64,000 nt of DNA from Escherichia coli (GTDB lineage Bacteria > Pseudomonadota > Gammaproteobacteria > Enterobacterales > Enterobacteriaceae), in assembly GCF_003018255.1 (NCBI RefSeq), contig NZ_CP027440.1; one strand, written 5' to 3'. The stretch's first letter is position 1, and each line of letters opens with the position of its first letter. The notes beneath the pieces are model-generated. The model had not been told where the DNA came from. It made no database searches and saw only the letters and a program-made list of their open reading frames with translations. Positions 9,831 to 20,048 of this stretch are shown one piece after another. Made by a program: the position numbers and the translations under genes.

Positions 9831-11042
9831 ATGGCTAAGAATATTCCATTCAAACTGATTCTTGAAAAAGCAAAAGATTACCAGGCAGACATGACTCGCT
9901 TCCTGCGCGATATGGTTGCTATTCCCAGTGAAAGCTGCGACGAGAAACGCGTAGTACATCGTATTAAAGAAGAGATGGAAAAAGTCGGCTTCGATAAAGT
10001 TGAAATCGACCCGATGGGCAACGTTCTCGGTTATATCGGCCACGGCCCGCGTCTGGTGGCAATGGACGCTCATATCGATACCGTCGGCATTGGCAACATC
10101 AAAAACTGGGACTTCGATCCGTACGAAGGCATGGAAACTGATGAGCTGATCGGTGGTCGCGGTACTTCCGACCAGGAAGGCGGCATGGCATCTATGGTTT
10201 ATGCCGGTAAAATCATTAAAGACCTCGGTCTGGAAGATGAATATACCCTGCTGGTTACCGGTACTGTGCAGGAAGAAGACTGCGACGGCCTGTGCTGGCA
10301 GTACATTATTGAACAATCCGGCATTCGCCCGGAATTTGTGGTCAGTACCGAACCAACCGACTGCCAGGTATACCGTGGTCAGCGCGGTCGTATGGAAATT
10401 CGTATTGATGTTCAGGGTGTGAGCTGCCACGGTTCTGCACCAGAACGCGGTGACAACGCCATTTTCAAAATGGGTCCGATTCTTGGCGAATTACAAGAAC
10501 TCTCCCAACGTCTGGGTTATGACGAATTCCTCGGCAAAGGCACCCTCACCGTTTCTGAAATCTTCTTCACATCCCCAAGCCGTTGCGCTGTAGCAGATAG
10601 CTGCGCCGTCTCTATTGACCGCCGTCTGACCTGGGGCGAAACCTGGGAAGGCGCGCTGGACGAAATCCGCGCCCTGCCTGCAGTACAGAAAGCTAACGCG
10701 GTTGTTTCTATGTACAACTACGACCGTCCGTCCTGGACTGGCCTGGTTTACCCAACCGAATGCTACTTCCCGACCTGGAAAGTGGAAGAAGATCACTTCA
10801 CCGTTAAAGCACTGGTGAATGCCTACGAAGGTCTGTTTGGCAAAGCGCCGGTTGTTGATAAGTGGACCTTCTCAACTAACGGCGTATCTATCATGGGCCG
10901 TCACGGCATTCCGGTGATCGGCTTTGGCCCGGGTAAAGAACCTGAAGCGCATGCACCTAACGAAAAAACCTGGAAATCTCACCTGGTGACCTGTGCCGCG
11001 ATGTACGCTGCAATCCCGTTAAGCTGGCTGGCAACCGAATAA
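9831..11042 (+). CDS. ygeY: M20-family metallopeptidase / amidohydrolase (ArgE/DapE-like)
   Basis: 403 aa; M20-type metal-ligand pattern. Confidence 0.8.
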
Positions 11043-11094
11043 TTACTCTTCACTTATTCCCCTCCGGTTCGCCGGAGGGTTTTTGGAGTTTGCT

Positions 11095-12480
11095 ATGCGC
11101 GTATTGATCAAAAACGGCACTGTCGTTAACGCAGATGGACAAGCCAAACAAGATTTGCTGATTGAGAGCGGGATTGTTCGCCAATTGGGCAGCAATATTT
11201 CGCCGCAGGTCCCGTATGAAGAAATTGATGCCACTGGCTGTTACGTTTTCCCTGGCGGCGTGGATGTCCATACGCATTTCAATATTGATGTCGGCATCGC
11301 GCGCAGTTGTGATGATTTTTTTACCGGTACCCGCGCAGCTGCGTGTGGCGGTACAACAACCATTATTGACCATATGGGATTTGGCCCGAATGGCTGCCGG
11401 TTACGCCATCAACTGGAAGTTTATCGCGGTTATGCCGCCCACAAAGCAGTCATCGACTACAGCTTTCACGGTGTCATTCAACATATCAATCACGCTATCC
11501 TCGACGAAATTCCGATGATGGTTGAGGAAGGACTGAGCAGTTTTAAACTCTATTTAACCTATCAATATAAACTCAACGATGATGAAGTGTTGCAGGCATT
11601 ACGCCGCTTGCATGAATCCGGCGCGCTGACCACCGTGCACCCGGAAAATGACGCAGCTATCGCCAGCAAGCGGGCGGAGTTTATCGCCGCAGGGTTAACC
11701 GCGCCGCGTTATCATGCCTTGAGTCGACCTCTGGAATGCGAAGCGGAAGCCATCGCCCGCATGATTAACCTGGCACAAATTGCCGGTAACGCCCCGCTCT
11801 ATATCGTGCACCTGTCTAACGGCTTAGGTCTGGATTATCTGCGTCTTGCCCGTGCGAATCACCAGCCAGTCTGGGTTGAAACCTGCCCACAATATCTCCT
11901 GTTGGACGAACGCAGTTACGATACAGAAGATGGCATGAAGTTCATTCTTAGCCCACCGCTGCGTAACGTACGCGAGCAGGACAAACTGTGGTGTGGCATC
12001 AGCGATGGTGCGATTGACGTGGTAGCGACCGATCACTGCACATTCTCGATGGCTCAACGCCTGCAAATTTCTAAAGGCGATTTCAGTCGCTGCCCAAATG
12101 GCTTACCCGGTGTGGAAAACCGCATGCAGTTACTGTTTTCCAGTGGCGTTATGACGGGACGTATAACACCGGAACGTTTTGTTGAATTAACCAGCGCGAT
12201 GCCCGCCAGGCTGTTTGGCCTGTGGCCGCAAAAAGGATTATTAGCGCCCGGTTCCGATGGCGACGTGGTGATTATCGACCCACGTCAGAGTCAACAAATT
12301 CAGCATCGCCATCTCCACGACAACGCCGACTACTCGCCATGGGAGGGTTTTACCTGTCAGGGCGCGATTGTCAGAACTTTATCCCGTGGTGAAACGATTT
12401 TCTGTGACGGCACCTTTACAGGCAAAGCCGGGCGAGGTCGTTTCCTGCGACGCAAACCGTTTGTCCCTCCCGTGCTCTAA
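11095..12480 (+). CDS. hyuA: cyclic amidohydrolase (D-hydantoinase/dihydropyrimidinase family)
   Basis: Track ORF 11083..12480; start trimmed to MRVLIKNG (461 aa); metal-binding HxH motif GGVDVHTHF. Confidence 0.85.
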   Translation: MRVLIKNGTVVNADGQAKQDLLIESGIVRQLGSNISPQVPYEEIDATGCYVFPGGVDVHTHFNIDVGIARSCDDFFTGTRAAACGGTTTIIDHMGFGPNGCRLRHQLEVYRGYAAHKAVIDYSFHGVIQHINHAILDEIPMMVEEGLSSFKLYLTYQYKLNDDEVLQALRRLHESGALTTVHPENDAAIASKRAEFIAAGLTAPRYHALSRPLECEAEAIARMINLAQIAGNAPLYIVHLSNGLGLDYLRLARANHQPVWVETCPQYLLLDERSYDTEDGMKFILSPPLRNVREQDKLWCGISDGAIDVVATDHCTFSMAQRLQISKGDFSRCPNGLPGVENRMQLLFSSGVMTGRITPERFVELTSAMPARLFGLWPQKGLLAPGSDGDVVIIDPRQSQQIQHRHLHDNADYSPWEGFTCQGAIVRTLSRGETIFCDGTFTGKAGRGRFLRRKPFVPPVL

Positions 12481-12527
12481 CCACTGCCAGGGATCTATAC
12501 ACAATCAAGAATGATGAGTGAGGAAAA

Positions 12528-13460
12528 ATGAGTAAGAAAATTGTTCTCGCCCTGGGCGGGAATGCGCTGGGCGATGACCTGGCCGGACAAATGAAAGCGG
12601 TAAAAATTACTTCTCAGGCAATTGTTGATTTAATTGCCCAGGGACATGAAGTTATCGTCACTCACGGTAACGGGCCACAGGTGGGCATGATTAACCAGGC
12701 CTTTGAAGCTGCCGCAAAAACTGAAGCGCACTCGCCAATGCTGCCGATGTCTGTCTGTGTTGCCTTAAGCCAGGGTTATATTGGTTACGATCTACAAAAC
12801 GCATTAAGAGAAGAACTGCTTTCTCGTGGCATTAATAAACCTGTAGCAACGCTGGTTACCCAGGTCGAAGTCGATGCTAACGACCCGGCATTCCTCAACC
12901 CGACCAAGCCGATCGGTTCGTTCTTTACCGAGCAGGAAGCAGAGCAACTGACAAAACAGGGTTACACTCTGAAAGAAGATGCTGGTCGCGGCTATCGCCG
13001 TGTTGTTGCCTCGCCGAAACCGGTTGATATTATTGAAAAAGAGACGGTAAAAGCGCTGGTAGAAGCAGGCCAGGTAGTGATCACCGTTGGCGGTGGTGGC
13101 ATTCCCGTTATTCGTGAAGGGAACCATCTGCGCGGTGCCAGTGCGGTTATCGATAAAGACTGGGCCAGCGCCCGTTTAGCAGAAATGATTGATGCCGATA
13201 TGCTGATCATTCTGACTGCGGTAGAAAAAGTGGCCATTAACTTCGGTAAAGAGAATGAACAGTGGCTCGATCGCCTGTCATTAAGTGATGCTGAACGCTT
13301 TATCGAAGAAGGTCATTTTGCGAAAGGTTCTATGCTGCCTAAAGTGGAAGCTGCCGCCTCGTTTGCTCGCTCTCGCGCAGGTCGTGAAGCACTGATTACC
13401 GTATTGAGCAAAGCGAAAGAAGGGATTGAAGGCAAAACCGGAACGGTGATTTGTCAGTAA
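12528..13460 (+). CDS. yqeA: carbamate kinase-like protein
   Basis: 310 aa; amino-acid kinase family N-terminus KIVLALGGNALG. Confidence 0.85.
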   Translation: MSKKIVLALGGNALGDDLAGQMKAVKITSQAIVDLIAQGHEVIVTHGNGPQVGMINQAFEAAAKTEAHSPMLPMSVCVALSQGYIGYDLQNALREELLSRGINKPVATLVTQVEVDANDPAFLNPTKPIGSFFTEQEAEQLTKQGYTLKEDAGRGYRRVVASPKPVDIIEKETVKALVEAGQVVITVGGGGIPVIREGNHLRGASAVIDKDWASARLAEMIDADMLIILTAVEKVAINFGKENEQWLDRLSLSDAERFIEEGHFAKGSMLPKVEAAASFARSRAGREALITVLSKAKEGIEGKTGTVICQ

Positions 13461-13466
13461 TTTAAA

Positions 13467-13497
13467 GGCCGGGTGGGTAATACCATCCGGCCATTTT
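13467..13497 (+). terminator. intrinsic terminator after yqeA
   Basis: GGCCGGGTGG-gtaata-CCATCCGGCC hairpin followed by ATTTTC. Confidence 0.5.
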
Positions 13498-13500
13498 CAT

Positions 13501-15126
13501 TTAAGCCACTTCCAGCACTTCTTTCGTCGCTTTAACGCCCTGATGCATCAACATCATTAACGCCTCAAGTACGCCGCCGCCAATCGCCCGGGCTTTATCA
13601 GAAACGCTGGTGAAATCAGCCGTTTCACCACGAGGATCGATATCACCAATTTTAAAACCACCGACCACTGCCAGTCCGTCGTTCAACAAGCCACGCACCA
13701 TCCCCGTCAACGGTGCTTTAATTTCATGCTCACCAATCCAGGCAATCACATCGCCCTCTTTCACCAGATCGCCTAATTTCACGTTGGATCGCATAATGCC
13801 TGCAGCAGGAGCACGGATCACCCGTCGGGTGGTATGCCCCATAATATTGCCAGGAACACCGGTATTCTCCTGCGCACAACCAGAGTAAATCACCTGACCG
13901 AGCCAGTGCCCGCGATTTGTTTCAATTACCGCATGACAATCCTTCCCTGCAGTAAAGCCCGGCCCAAGCGCGATTGTTACTGGTGCCATATCTGCCCGCG
14001 TCCCCAAATTCTGTTTCGCCAGAATAGCGTCCACCACGCAAAGCGGTTTCAGTTCATCAAGCAATGAACAGGCGGGATCTACTATCACAGGGATGAATCC
14101 GCATTCGGTAAGTTTCATCGCCTCCGCAGAGCTGGTTGCCAGGCGGGCGGTGACGCCTTCGACCGTCATTTCGCCATCGAACACGGCCTGGGCAAATGCC
14201 ACGGTACAACGAATCACTGTCGGTTTTTCCACTTCCAGCATGATCACTTTAAAACCCGCATGATACAGACGTAGCGCTACACCACTGGCGATATCCCCCG
14301 CACCACGAATCACCACCAGCTGGTGTCCGGAAGGATGAGAAGGCTTCATCATCAGCCCACCCGGCGCGTTATTTTTCACCTGTAATATTTCTGCCAGCAC
14401 GCTGATGGCGATCTCCTGCGGCGTTTCCGCACCTATGTTGTAACCAACGGGCGCATGTAAACGGGCAATATGTTCTTCAGCCACGCCTTTCTCACGCAAT
14501 TGGCGCAGGAAAAGCTGAACCTTGCGGCGACTTGCCAGCAACCCCAGCCATGCAATGGGTTGTTCAATGAGTTTGTCGAGGGCTTCACGATCCTGATTAT
14601 TCGTGGCAATCAGGACAAAATTATCAGGGCGAATATCCAGTGCTTCCACTGCCGCACCAAACGACTCAGCATGGAGAAGCGTGGTTGATGGTGGGAATAG
14701 TTCAGGATTGAGGCTTTCGCGATAAATATCGGCAACGGCGATATCAAATCCTAATAGCGCCGCACTCTGGGCTATCGCCCGGTTGACATGCCCCGCGCCA
14801 ATCAACACCAGACGTGGACGCATACCATGGACGCTGATAAATACTGACATTGCACCTCCACAATCTGACCCGACAGCATCCGCACCGTTACGAGCCATAC
14901 GTCCATGGAATAATCGCGGCTTACGTTCCTGCAATGCCTGAAGCGACTCTTCAATCACCTTCCGCTCAACCATTCCGCCACCAATTGTACCGACGATAGA
15001 GCCATCGGCGCGCACTAACATTTGTGCAGAATGGCGGGGGGTTGAGCCTCGGCTATCAACAATTTGCGCCATCGCAAACGGACAATTTTGCTCTTCGAGT
15101 TTTGCAGCCTCTGTGAAAATATTCAT
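13501..15126 (-). CDS. yqeB: XdhC/CoxI-family molybdenum-hydroxylase accessory protein
   Basis: 541 aa; Rossmann-like LVLIGAGHV; family recalled as selenium-dependent molybdenum hydroxylase system protein YqeB. Confidence 0.8.
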   Translation of the reverse strand: MNIFTEAAKLEEQNCPFAMAQIVDSRGSTPRHSAQMLVRADGSIVGTIGGGMVERKVIEESLQALQERKPRLFHGRMARNGADAVGSDCGGAMSVFISVHGMRPRLVLIGAGHVNRAIAQSAALLGFDIAVADIYRESLNPELFPPSTTLLHAESFGAAVEALDIRPDNFVLIATNNQDREALDKLIEQPIAWLGLLASRRKVQLFLRQLREKGVAEEHIARLHAPVGYNIGAETPQEIAISVLAEILQVKNNAPGGLMMKPSHPSGHQLVVIRGAGDIASGVALRLYHAGFKVIMLEVEKPTVIRCTVAFAQAVFDGEMTVEGVTARLATSSAEAMKLTECGFIPVIVDPACSLLDELKPLCVVDAILAKQNLGTRADMAPVTIALGPGFTAGKDCHAVIETNRGHWLGQVIYSGCAQENTGVPGNIMGHTTRRVIRAPAAGIMRSNVKLGDLVKEGDVIAWIGEHEIKAPLTGMVRGLLNDGLAVVGGFKIGDIDPRGETADFTSVSDKARAIGGGVLEALMMLMHQGVKATKEVLEVA

Positions 15127-15173
15127 ACCAACCTCAATGGATATCCTTTCAGTAACCCGGAATACCCGGGCCG

Positions 15174-15944
15174 CTAATTCACAAATCTGCGCGCGATTGC
15201 AGGATGTTCTTGTATATCGCCCAGCCAGATTGCCTCTACGTCGTGTTGTTGCAGCGGTTGAAGGAGCTCGCTTTGCGCAATCGCATTCTCACATTGAGAA
15301 AAACGGTTAATGAACCAGACTCGCCGACAACCTTGCGGTACGTTTTTAAACGCCCCCTGAGGGTGGCGAACCAGCGCAACGAGATCGCTCAGTTGCAAGG
15401 TTGCATCAGGTGTTAACCCGGTAATATCAGCAAACTGCGACCAGCGATGGACATTTTCTGTGCTCACTTTCGCACCCAAAATATGTCCTCCCATCACAGC
15501 AATCACGCAGCAACTGCTTTTAGGTATGCAAGGTTCGTGCTCATCAGGCGCTTTTAACGGCATTCCACGCGAGCCATCTGCCTCAATGAGAATTACGTCA
15601 CACTCTGATCGTTGTACCAGTGCATCAATCGCTTCTGGCGTAAATCCCTGCACTTTTCCCTGGTTCGCTTTCCAGCTGTGAAAACAAAATGAAATGGGGG
15701 ATATAAAAGACGCATGAGGAAGCATGGCGGGATCACGACAGAAAACCACGGGCCAGTGAGATGTTGGCATAAACATATGTGTCGTCGTAGTGATTAATAC
15801 ACGCCTGCCGCTCGCCTGGAACAGTTCTGCCAGCCAAAAAAGCAAGCTGGTTTTCCCCCCAGCACCAACAACAGAAATCACAGTGGGACGTTTCTGCGCG
15901 CCTAAATCAATGAATAATGCCGATGGGTCAATTATACTTTTCAC
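15174..15944 (-). CDS. yqeC: putative selenium-dependent molybdenum hydroxylase accessory protein (P-loop)
   Basis: 256 aa; P-loop-like VVGAGGKTSLLFWL. Confidence 0.75.
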   Translation of the reverse strand: MKSIIDPSALFIDLGAQKRPTVISVVGAGGKTSLLFWLAELFQASGRRVLITTTTHMFMPTSHWPVVFCRDPAMLPHASFISPISFCFHSWKANQGKVQGFTPEAIDALVQRSECDVILIEADGSRGMPLKAPDEHEPCIPKSSCCVIAVMGGHILGAKVSTENVHRWSQFADITGLTPDATLQLSDLVALVRHPQGAFKNVPQGCRRVWFINRFSQCENAIAQSELLQPLQQHDVEAIWLGDIQEHPAIARRFVN

Positions 15945-16047
15945 GCGTCTTTATGGACCTCTCTGGGATAAATTACCCTCAACTTAATCCATCAGGAAGT
16001 AACGCAATTATCAGGCGTTATTAGCTCCTGTAAATAATGGAATCACT

Positions 16048-16626
16048 ATGTCAGCCATCGACTGTATAATTACCGCCGCAGGATTATCATCAAGAATGGG
16101 GCAATGGAAAATGATGTTACCCTGGCAACAGGGAACAATTCTTGATACAAGTATCAAAAATGCGTTGCAGTTTTGTAGCCGAATTATTTTAGTCACCGGC
16201 TATCGTGGTAATGAACTGCACGAACGTTATGCGAACCAGAGCAATATCACTATTATCCACAACCCAGATTATGCGCAGGGTTTACTGACATCAGTAAAGG
16301 CCGCAGTACCCGCGGTGCAAACAGAACATTGTTTTCTCACCCACGGAGATATGCCAACCCTCACCATCGATATTTTTAGAAAAATCTGGTCGTTACGAAA
16401 TGATGGCGCAATACTGCCACTCCATAATGGCATCCCCGGCCATCCGATTTTAGTGTCAAAACCATGCCTGATGCAGGCAATCCAGCGACCCAATGTCACC
16501 AATATGCGTCAGGCACTCCTTATGGGAGAACATTATTCCGTCGAAATAGAAAATGCAGAAATAATTTTAGATATTGATACTCCTGACGACTTTATTACAG
16601 CGAAGAAAAGGTATACTGAAATTTAG
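16048..16626 (+). CDS. mocA: molybdenum cofactor cytidylyltransferase
   Basis: 192 aa; nucleotidyltransferase N-terminal motif ITAAGLSSRMG; divergent from yqeC. Confidence 0.85.
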   Translation: MSAIDCIITAAGLSSRMGQWKMMLPWQQGTILDTSIKNALQFCSRIILVTGYRGNELHERYANQSNITIIHNPDYAQGLLTSVKAAVPAVQTEHCFLTHGDMPTLTIDIFRKIWSLRNDGAILPLHNGIPGHPILVSKPCLMQAIQRPNVTNMRQALLMGEHYSVEIENAEIILDIDTPDDFITAKKRYTEI

Positions 16627-16677
16627 AAAACGTAGTTAAACGATTGCGTTCAAATATTTAATCCCTCCAGCACTCTT

Positions 16678-16692
16678 TATCATAATGATAAG
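16678..16692. promoter_or_regulatory. perfect 7-1-7 palindrome TTATCAT-A-ATGATAA upstream of ygfK
   Basis: Read directly from the sequence; further TGATAA/TTATCAC-type half-sites nearby (16723-16730 GTGATAAA). Confidence 0.3.
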
Positions 16693-16859
16693 GAATCACT
16701 GATTTTGAGAAAAGAGAAAAAGTGATAAATGGGCTGGCAATAATAATTTTCAGGAGTGATTTTAATTCTCATTTGGCACCTGTGAGTTCATTCACAAAAA
16801 GCCATTAAGTTTCGAGCCGCCTCACATTTTTTTATATTTCCCGCCAAACCTGGCAAGAG

Positions 16860-16875
16860 TGGTGCGATTGTTGCT
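16860..16875 (+). promoter_or_regulatory. candidate sigma-54 -24/-12 promoter upstream of ygfK
   Basis: TGGtgCGattgTTGCT: GG-N10-GC spacing with TTGC -12 element; about 75 nt upstream of the ygfK ATG. Confidence 0.35.
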
Positions 16876-16947
16876 CTATCCCCCTAAACCACCGGATTTC
16901 TCAACACCGGTCACTCAATGATATCTGTATAAGCTAAGGAGAGGGTT

Positions 16948-19900
16948 ATGGGGGATATTATGCGTCCCATTCCGTTTGAGGAACTTTTGACGCGCATATT
17001 TGATGAATACCAACAACAACGCTCAATCTTTGGTATTCCCGAGCAACAGTTTTACTCACCCGTAAAAGGTAAAACTGTTAGCGTCTTCGGTGAAACCTGT
17101 GCCACTCCCGTCGGCCCTGCCGCTGGCCCGCACACGCAGCTCGCGCAAAATATTGTCACTTCCTGGCTGACTGGCGGACGCTTCATCGAACTAAAAACCG
17201 TCCAAATTCTTGACCGCCTGGAGCTGGAAAAGCCCTGTATCGATGCCGAAGACGAGTGCTTTAACACCGAATGGTCTACCGAATTTACCCTGCTTAAAGC
17301 CTGGGATGAATACCTCAAAGCCTGGTTTGCCCTGCACCTTCTCGAAGCGATGTTCCAGCCTTCTGATTCCTGTAAATCGTTCATCTTTAATATGAGCGTC
17401 GGTTACAACCTCGAAGGTATTAAGCAACCGCCGATGCAGCAGTTCATCGACAATATGATGGACGCATCTGACCATCCGAAATTCGCTCAATACCGCGATG
17501 CACTTAATAAGCTACTCCAGGATGACGCATTTTTAGCCCGCCACGGCTTACAGGAAAAACGCGAAAGCTTGCAAGCCTTACCCGCTCGCATCCCCACCAG
17601 CATGGTACAAGGGGTTACCCTCTCCACCATGCACGGCTGTCCTCCGCATGAAATCGAAGCCATTTGCCGCTACATGCTGGAAGAAAAAGGGCTCAACACC
17701 TTTGTGAAACTCAACCCGACCTTACTGGGGTACGCGCGTGTTCGTGAGATCCTCGATGTCTGCGGTTTCGGTTACATCGGCTTAAAAGAAGAGTCATTTG
17801 ATCACGACCTCAAGCTGACGCAAGCACTGGAAATGCTGGAACGCCTGATGGCACTGGCAAAAGAAAAATCACTCGGCTTTGGCGTAAAACTGACTAACAC
17901 TCTCGGCACCATTAATAACAAAGGCGCACTGCCCGGTGAAGAGATGTATATGTCAGGCCGTGCGCTGTTCCCGCTCTCCATCAACGTTGCAGCAGTTCTC
18001 TCTCGCGCCTTTGACGGCAAACTGCCCATTTCTTATTCCGGTGGTGCCAGTCAGCTGACTATCCGCGATATTTTTGATACTGGTATTCGCCCTATTACTA
18101 TGGCAACCGACCTGCTGAAACCTGGCGGCTATCTGCGCTTAAGTGCCTGCATGCGCGAGCTGGAAGGCTCAGATGCCTGGGAGCTTAACCACGTTGACGT
18201 CGAACGACTGAACAGACTGGCAGCAGACGCGTTAACCATGGAATACACCCAGAAACACTGGAAGCCAGAAGAGCGTATTGAAGTGGCTGAAGACCTGCCG
18301 CTGACCGATTGCTACGTTGCCCCCTGTGTTACTGCCTGCGCTATCAAGCAAGATATTCCGGAATACATCCGTCTGCTTGGCGAACACCGCTATGCCGACG
18401 CGCTGGAACTCATCTATCAACGCAACGCCCTGCCCGCCATTACCGGTCATATTTGCGATCACCAGTGCCAATACAACTGTACCCGCCTGGATTACGACAG
18501 TGCGCTGAATATCCGCGAACTGAAAAAAGTCGCGCTGGAAAAAGGTTGGGATGAATATAAGCAACGCTGGCACAAACCAGCCGGTTCTGGTTCACGCCAT
18601 CCGGTTGCCGTGATTGGTGCAGGTCCGGCGGGTCTGGCAGCAGGTTACTTCCTTGCCAGAGCGGGCCATCCGGTTACGCTGTTTGAACGCGAAGCCAATG
18701 CGGGCGGCGTGGTGAAAAATATCATTCCTCAGTTCCGTATTCCTGCAGAGTTAATTCAGCACGATATCGATTTTGTTGCCGCTCACGGCGTAAAATTTGA
18801 GTATGGCTGCTCACCGGATCTGACCGTTGAACAGTTAAAAAATCAGGGCTTCCACTATGTTCTGATTGCCACCGGCACTGATAAAAATAGCGGTGTGAAA
18901 CTGGCGGGCGACAACCAAAATGTCTGGAAATCACTCCCCTTCCTGCGTGAATACAACAAGGGCACAGCGCTCAAGCTGGGCAAACATGTGGTCGTTGTCG
19001 GGGCGGGTAACACGGCAATGGACTGCGCTCGTGCGGCGTTACGCGTTCCAGGCGTAGAAAAAGCAACGGTCGTTTACCGTCGTTCACTGCAAGAGATGCC
19101 AGCATGGCGCGAAGAGTATGAAGAAGCGTTGCACGACGGCGTGGAGTTCCGTTTCCTGAATAATCCGGAACGTTTCGATGCTGATGGCACCTTAACCTTG
19201 CGCGTTATGTCGCTTGGCGAACCTGATGAGAAAGGTCGTCGCCGTCCGGTTGAAACCAACGAAACAGTAACACTGCATGTAGACAGCCTGATCACCGCCA
19301 TTGGTGAACAGCAGGATACTGAAGCCCTGAATGCGATGGGCGTGCCGCTGGACAAAAACGGCTGGCCAGACGTCGACCATAATGGCGAAACGCGTCTGAG
19401 TGACGTCTTTATGATCGGCGACGTACAGCGCGGACCATCCTCCATTGTCGCTGCTGTCGGAACCGCGCGTCGGGCGACCGATGCCATCCTGAGTCGGGAA
19501 AATATCCGTTCCCACCAGAACGATAAATACTGGAATAACGTCAATCCGGCGGAAATCTATCAACGTAAAGGCGATATCTCTGTCACTCTGGTGAACAGTG
19601 ACGATCGTGACGCGTTTGTCGCGCAGGAAGCCGCTCGCTGCCTTGAATGTAACTACGTTTGCAGCAAGTGTGTGGATGTCTGCCCGAACCGCGCCAACGT
19701 ATCCATTGCGGTCCCAGGCTTCCAGAACCGTTTCCAGACGCTGCATCTCGACGCCTACTGCAACGAATGCGGCAACTGCGCCCAATTCTGCCCGTGGAAC
19801 GGTAAACCGTACAAAGACAAAATCACCGTCTTCAGCCTGTCGCAAGACTTTGATAACAGCAGCAACCCAGGCTTCCTTGTGGAAGATTGCCGGGTACGCG

Positions 19901-20046
19901 TACGTCTGAATAACCAAAGCTGGGTGTTAAACATCGACAGCGAAGGTCAGTTCAACAACGTACCACCGGAGCTGAACGATATGTGCCGCATCATTAGCCA
20001 TGTCCACCAGCATCATCATTATCTGCTGGGCCGTGTGGAGGTGTAA
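16948..20046 (+). CDS. ygfK: large Fe-S flavoprotein oxidoreductase (glutamate synthase beta-like domain plus 4Fe-4S ferredoxin domains)
   Basis: 1032 aa; dinucleotide-binding [14 protein letters not shown]; Cys clusters CLECNYVCSKCVDVCP and CNECGNCAQFCP. Confidence 0.85.
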   Translation: MGDIMRPIPFEELLTRIFDEYQQQRSIFGIPEQQFYSPVKGKTVSVFGETCATPVGPAAGPHTQLAQNIVTSWLTGGRFIELKTVQILDRLELEKPCIDAEDECFNTEWSTEFTLLKAWDEYLKAWFALHLLEAMFQPSDSCKSFIFNMSVGYNLEGIKQPPMQQFIDNMMDASDHPKFAQYRDALNKLLQDDAFLARHGLQEKRESLQALPARIPTSMVQGVTLSTMHGCPPHEIEAICRYMLEEKGLNTFVKLNPTLLGYARVREILDVCGFGYIGLKEESFDHDLKLTQALEMLERLMALAKEKSLGFGVKLTNTLGTINNKGALPGEEMYMSGRALFPLSINVAAVLSRAFDGKLPISYSGGASQLTIRDIFDTGIRPITMATDLLKPGGYLRLSACMRELEGSDAWELNHVDVERLNRLAADALTMEYTQKHWKPEERIEVAEDLPLTDCYVAPCVTACAIKQDIPEYIRLLGEHRYADALELIYQRNALPAITGHICDHQCQYNCTRLDYDSALNIRELKKVALEKGWDEYKQRWHKPAGSGSRHPVAVIGAGPAGLAAGYFLARAGHPVTLFEREANAGGVVKNIIPQFRIPAELIQHDIDFVAAHGVKFEYGCSPDLTVEQLKNQGFHYVLIATGTDKNSGVKLAGDNQNVWKSLPFLREYNKGTALKLGKHVVVVGAGNTAMDCARAALRVPGVEKATVVYRRSLQEMPAWREEYEEALHDGVEFRFLNNPERFDADGTLTLRVMSLGEPDEKGRRRPVETNETVTLHVDSLITAIGEQQDTEALNAMGVPLDKNGWPDVDHNGETRLSDVFMIGDVQRGPSSIVAAVGTARRATDAILSRENIRSHQNDKYWNNVNPAEIYQRKGDISVTLVNSDDRDAFVAQEAARCLECNYVCSKCVDVCPNRANVSIAVPGFQNRFQTLHLDAYCNECGNCAQFCPWNGKPYKDKITVFSLSQDFDNSSNPGFLVEDCRVRVRLNNQSWVLNIDSEGQFNNVPPELNDMCRIISHVHQHHHYLLGRVEV

Positions 20047-20048
20047 TC

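Noticed and set aside
16775-16790. TGGCAC box upstream of ygfK as a sigma-54 -24 element
   Set aside because: Perfect TGGCAC, but the sequence at -12 (AGTTC) has no GC; the site at 16860-16875 is a better candidate.
19192-19917. 241-aa minus-strand ORF inside ygfK
   Set aside because: Entirely within and antisense to ygfK; no start context or motifs.
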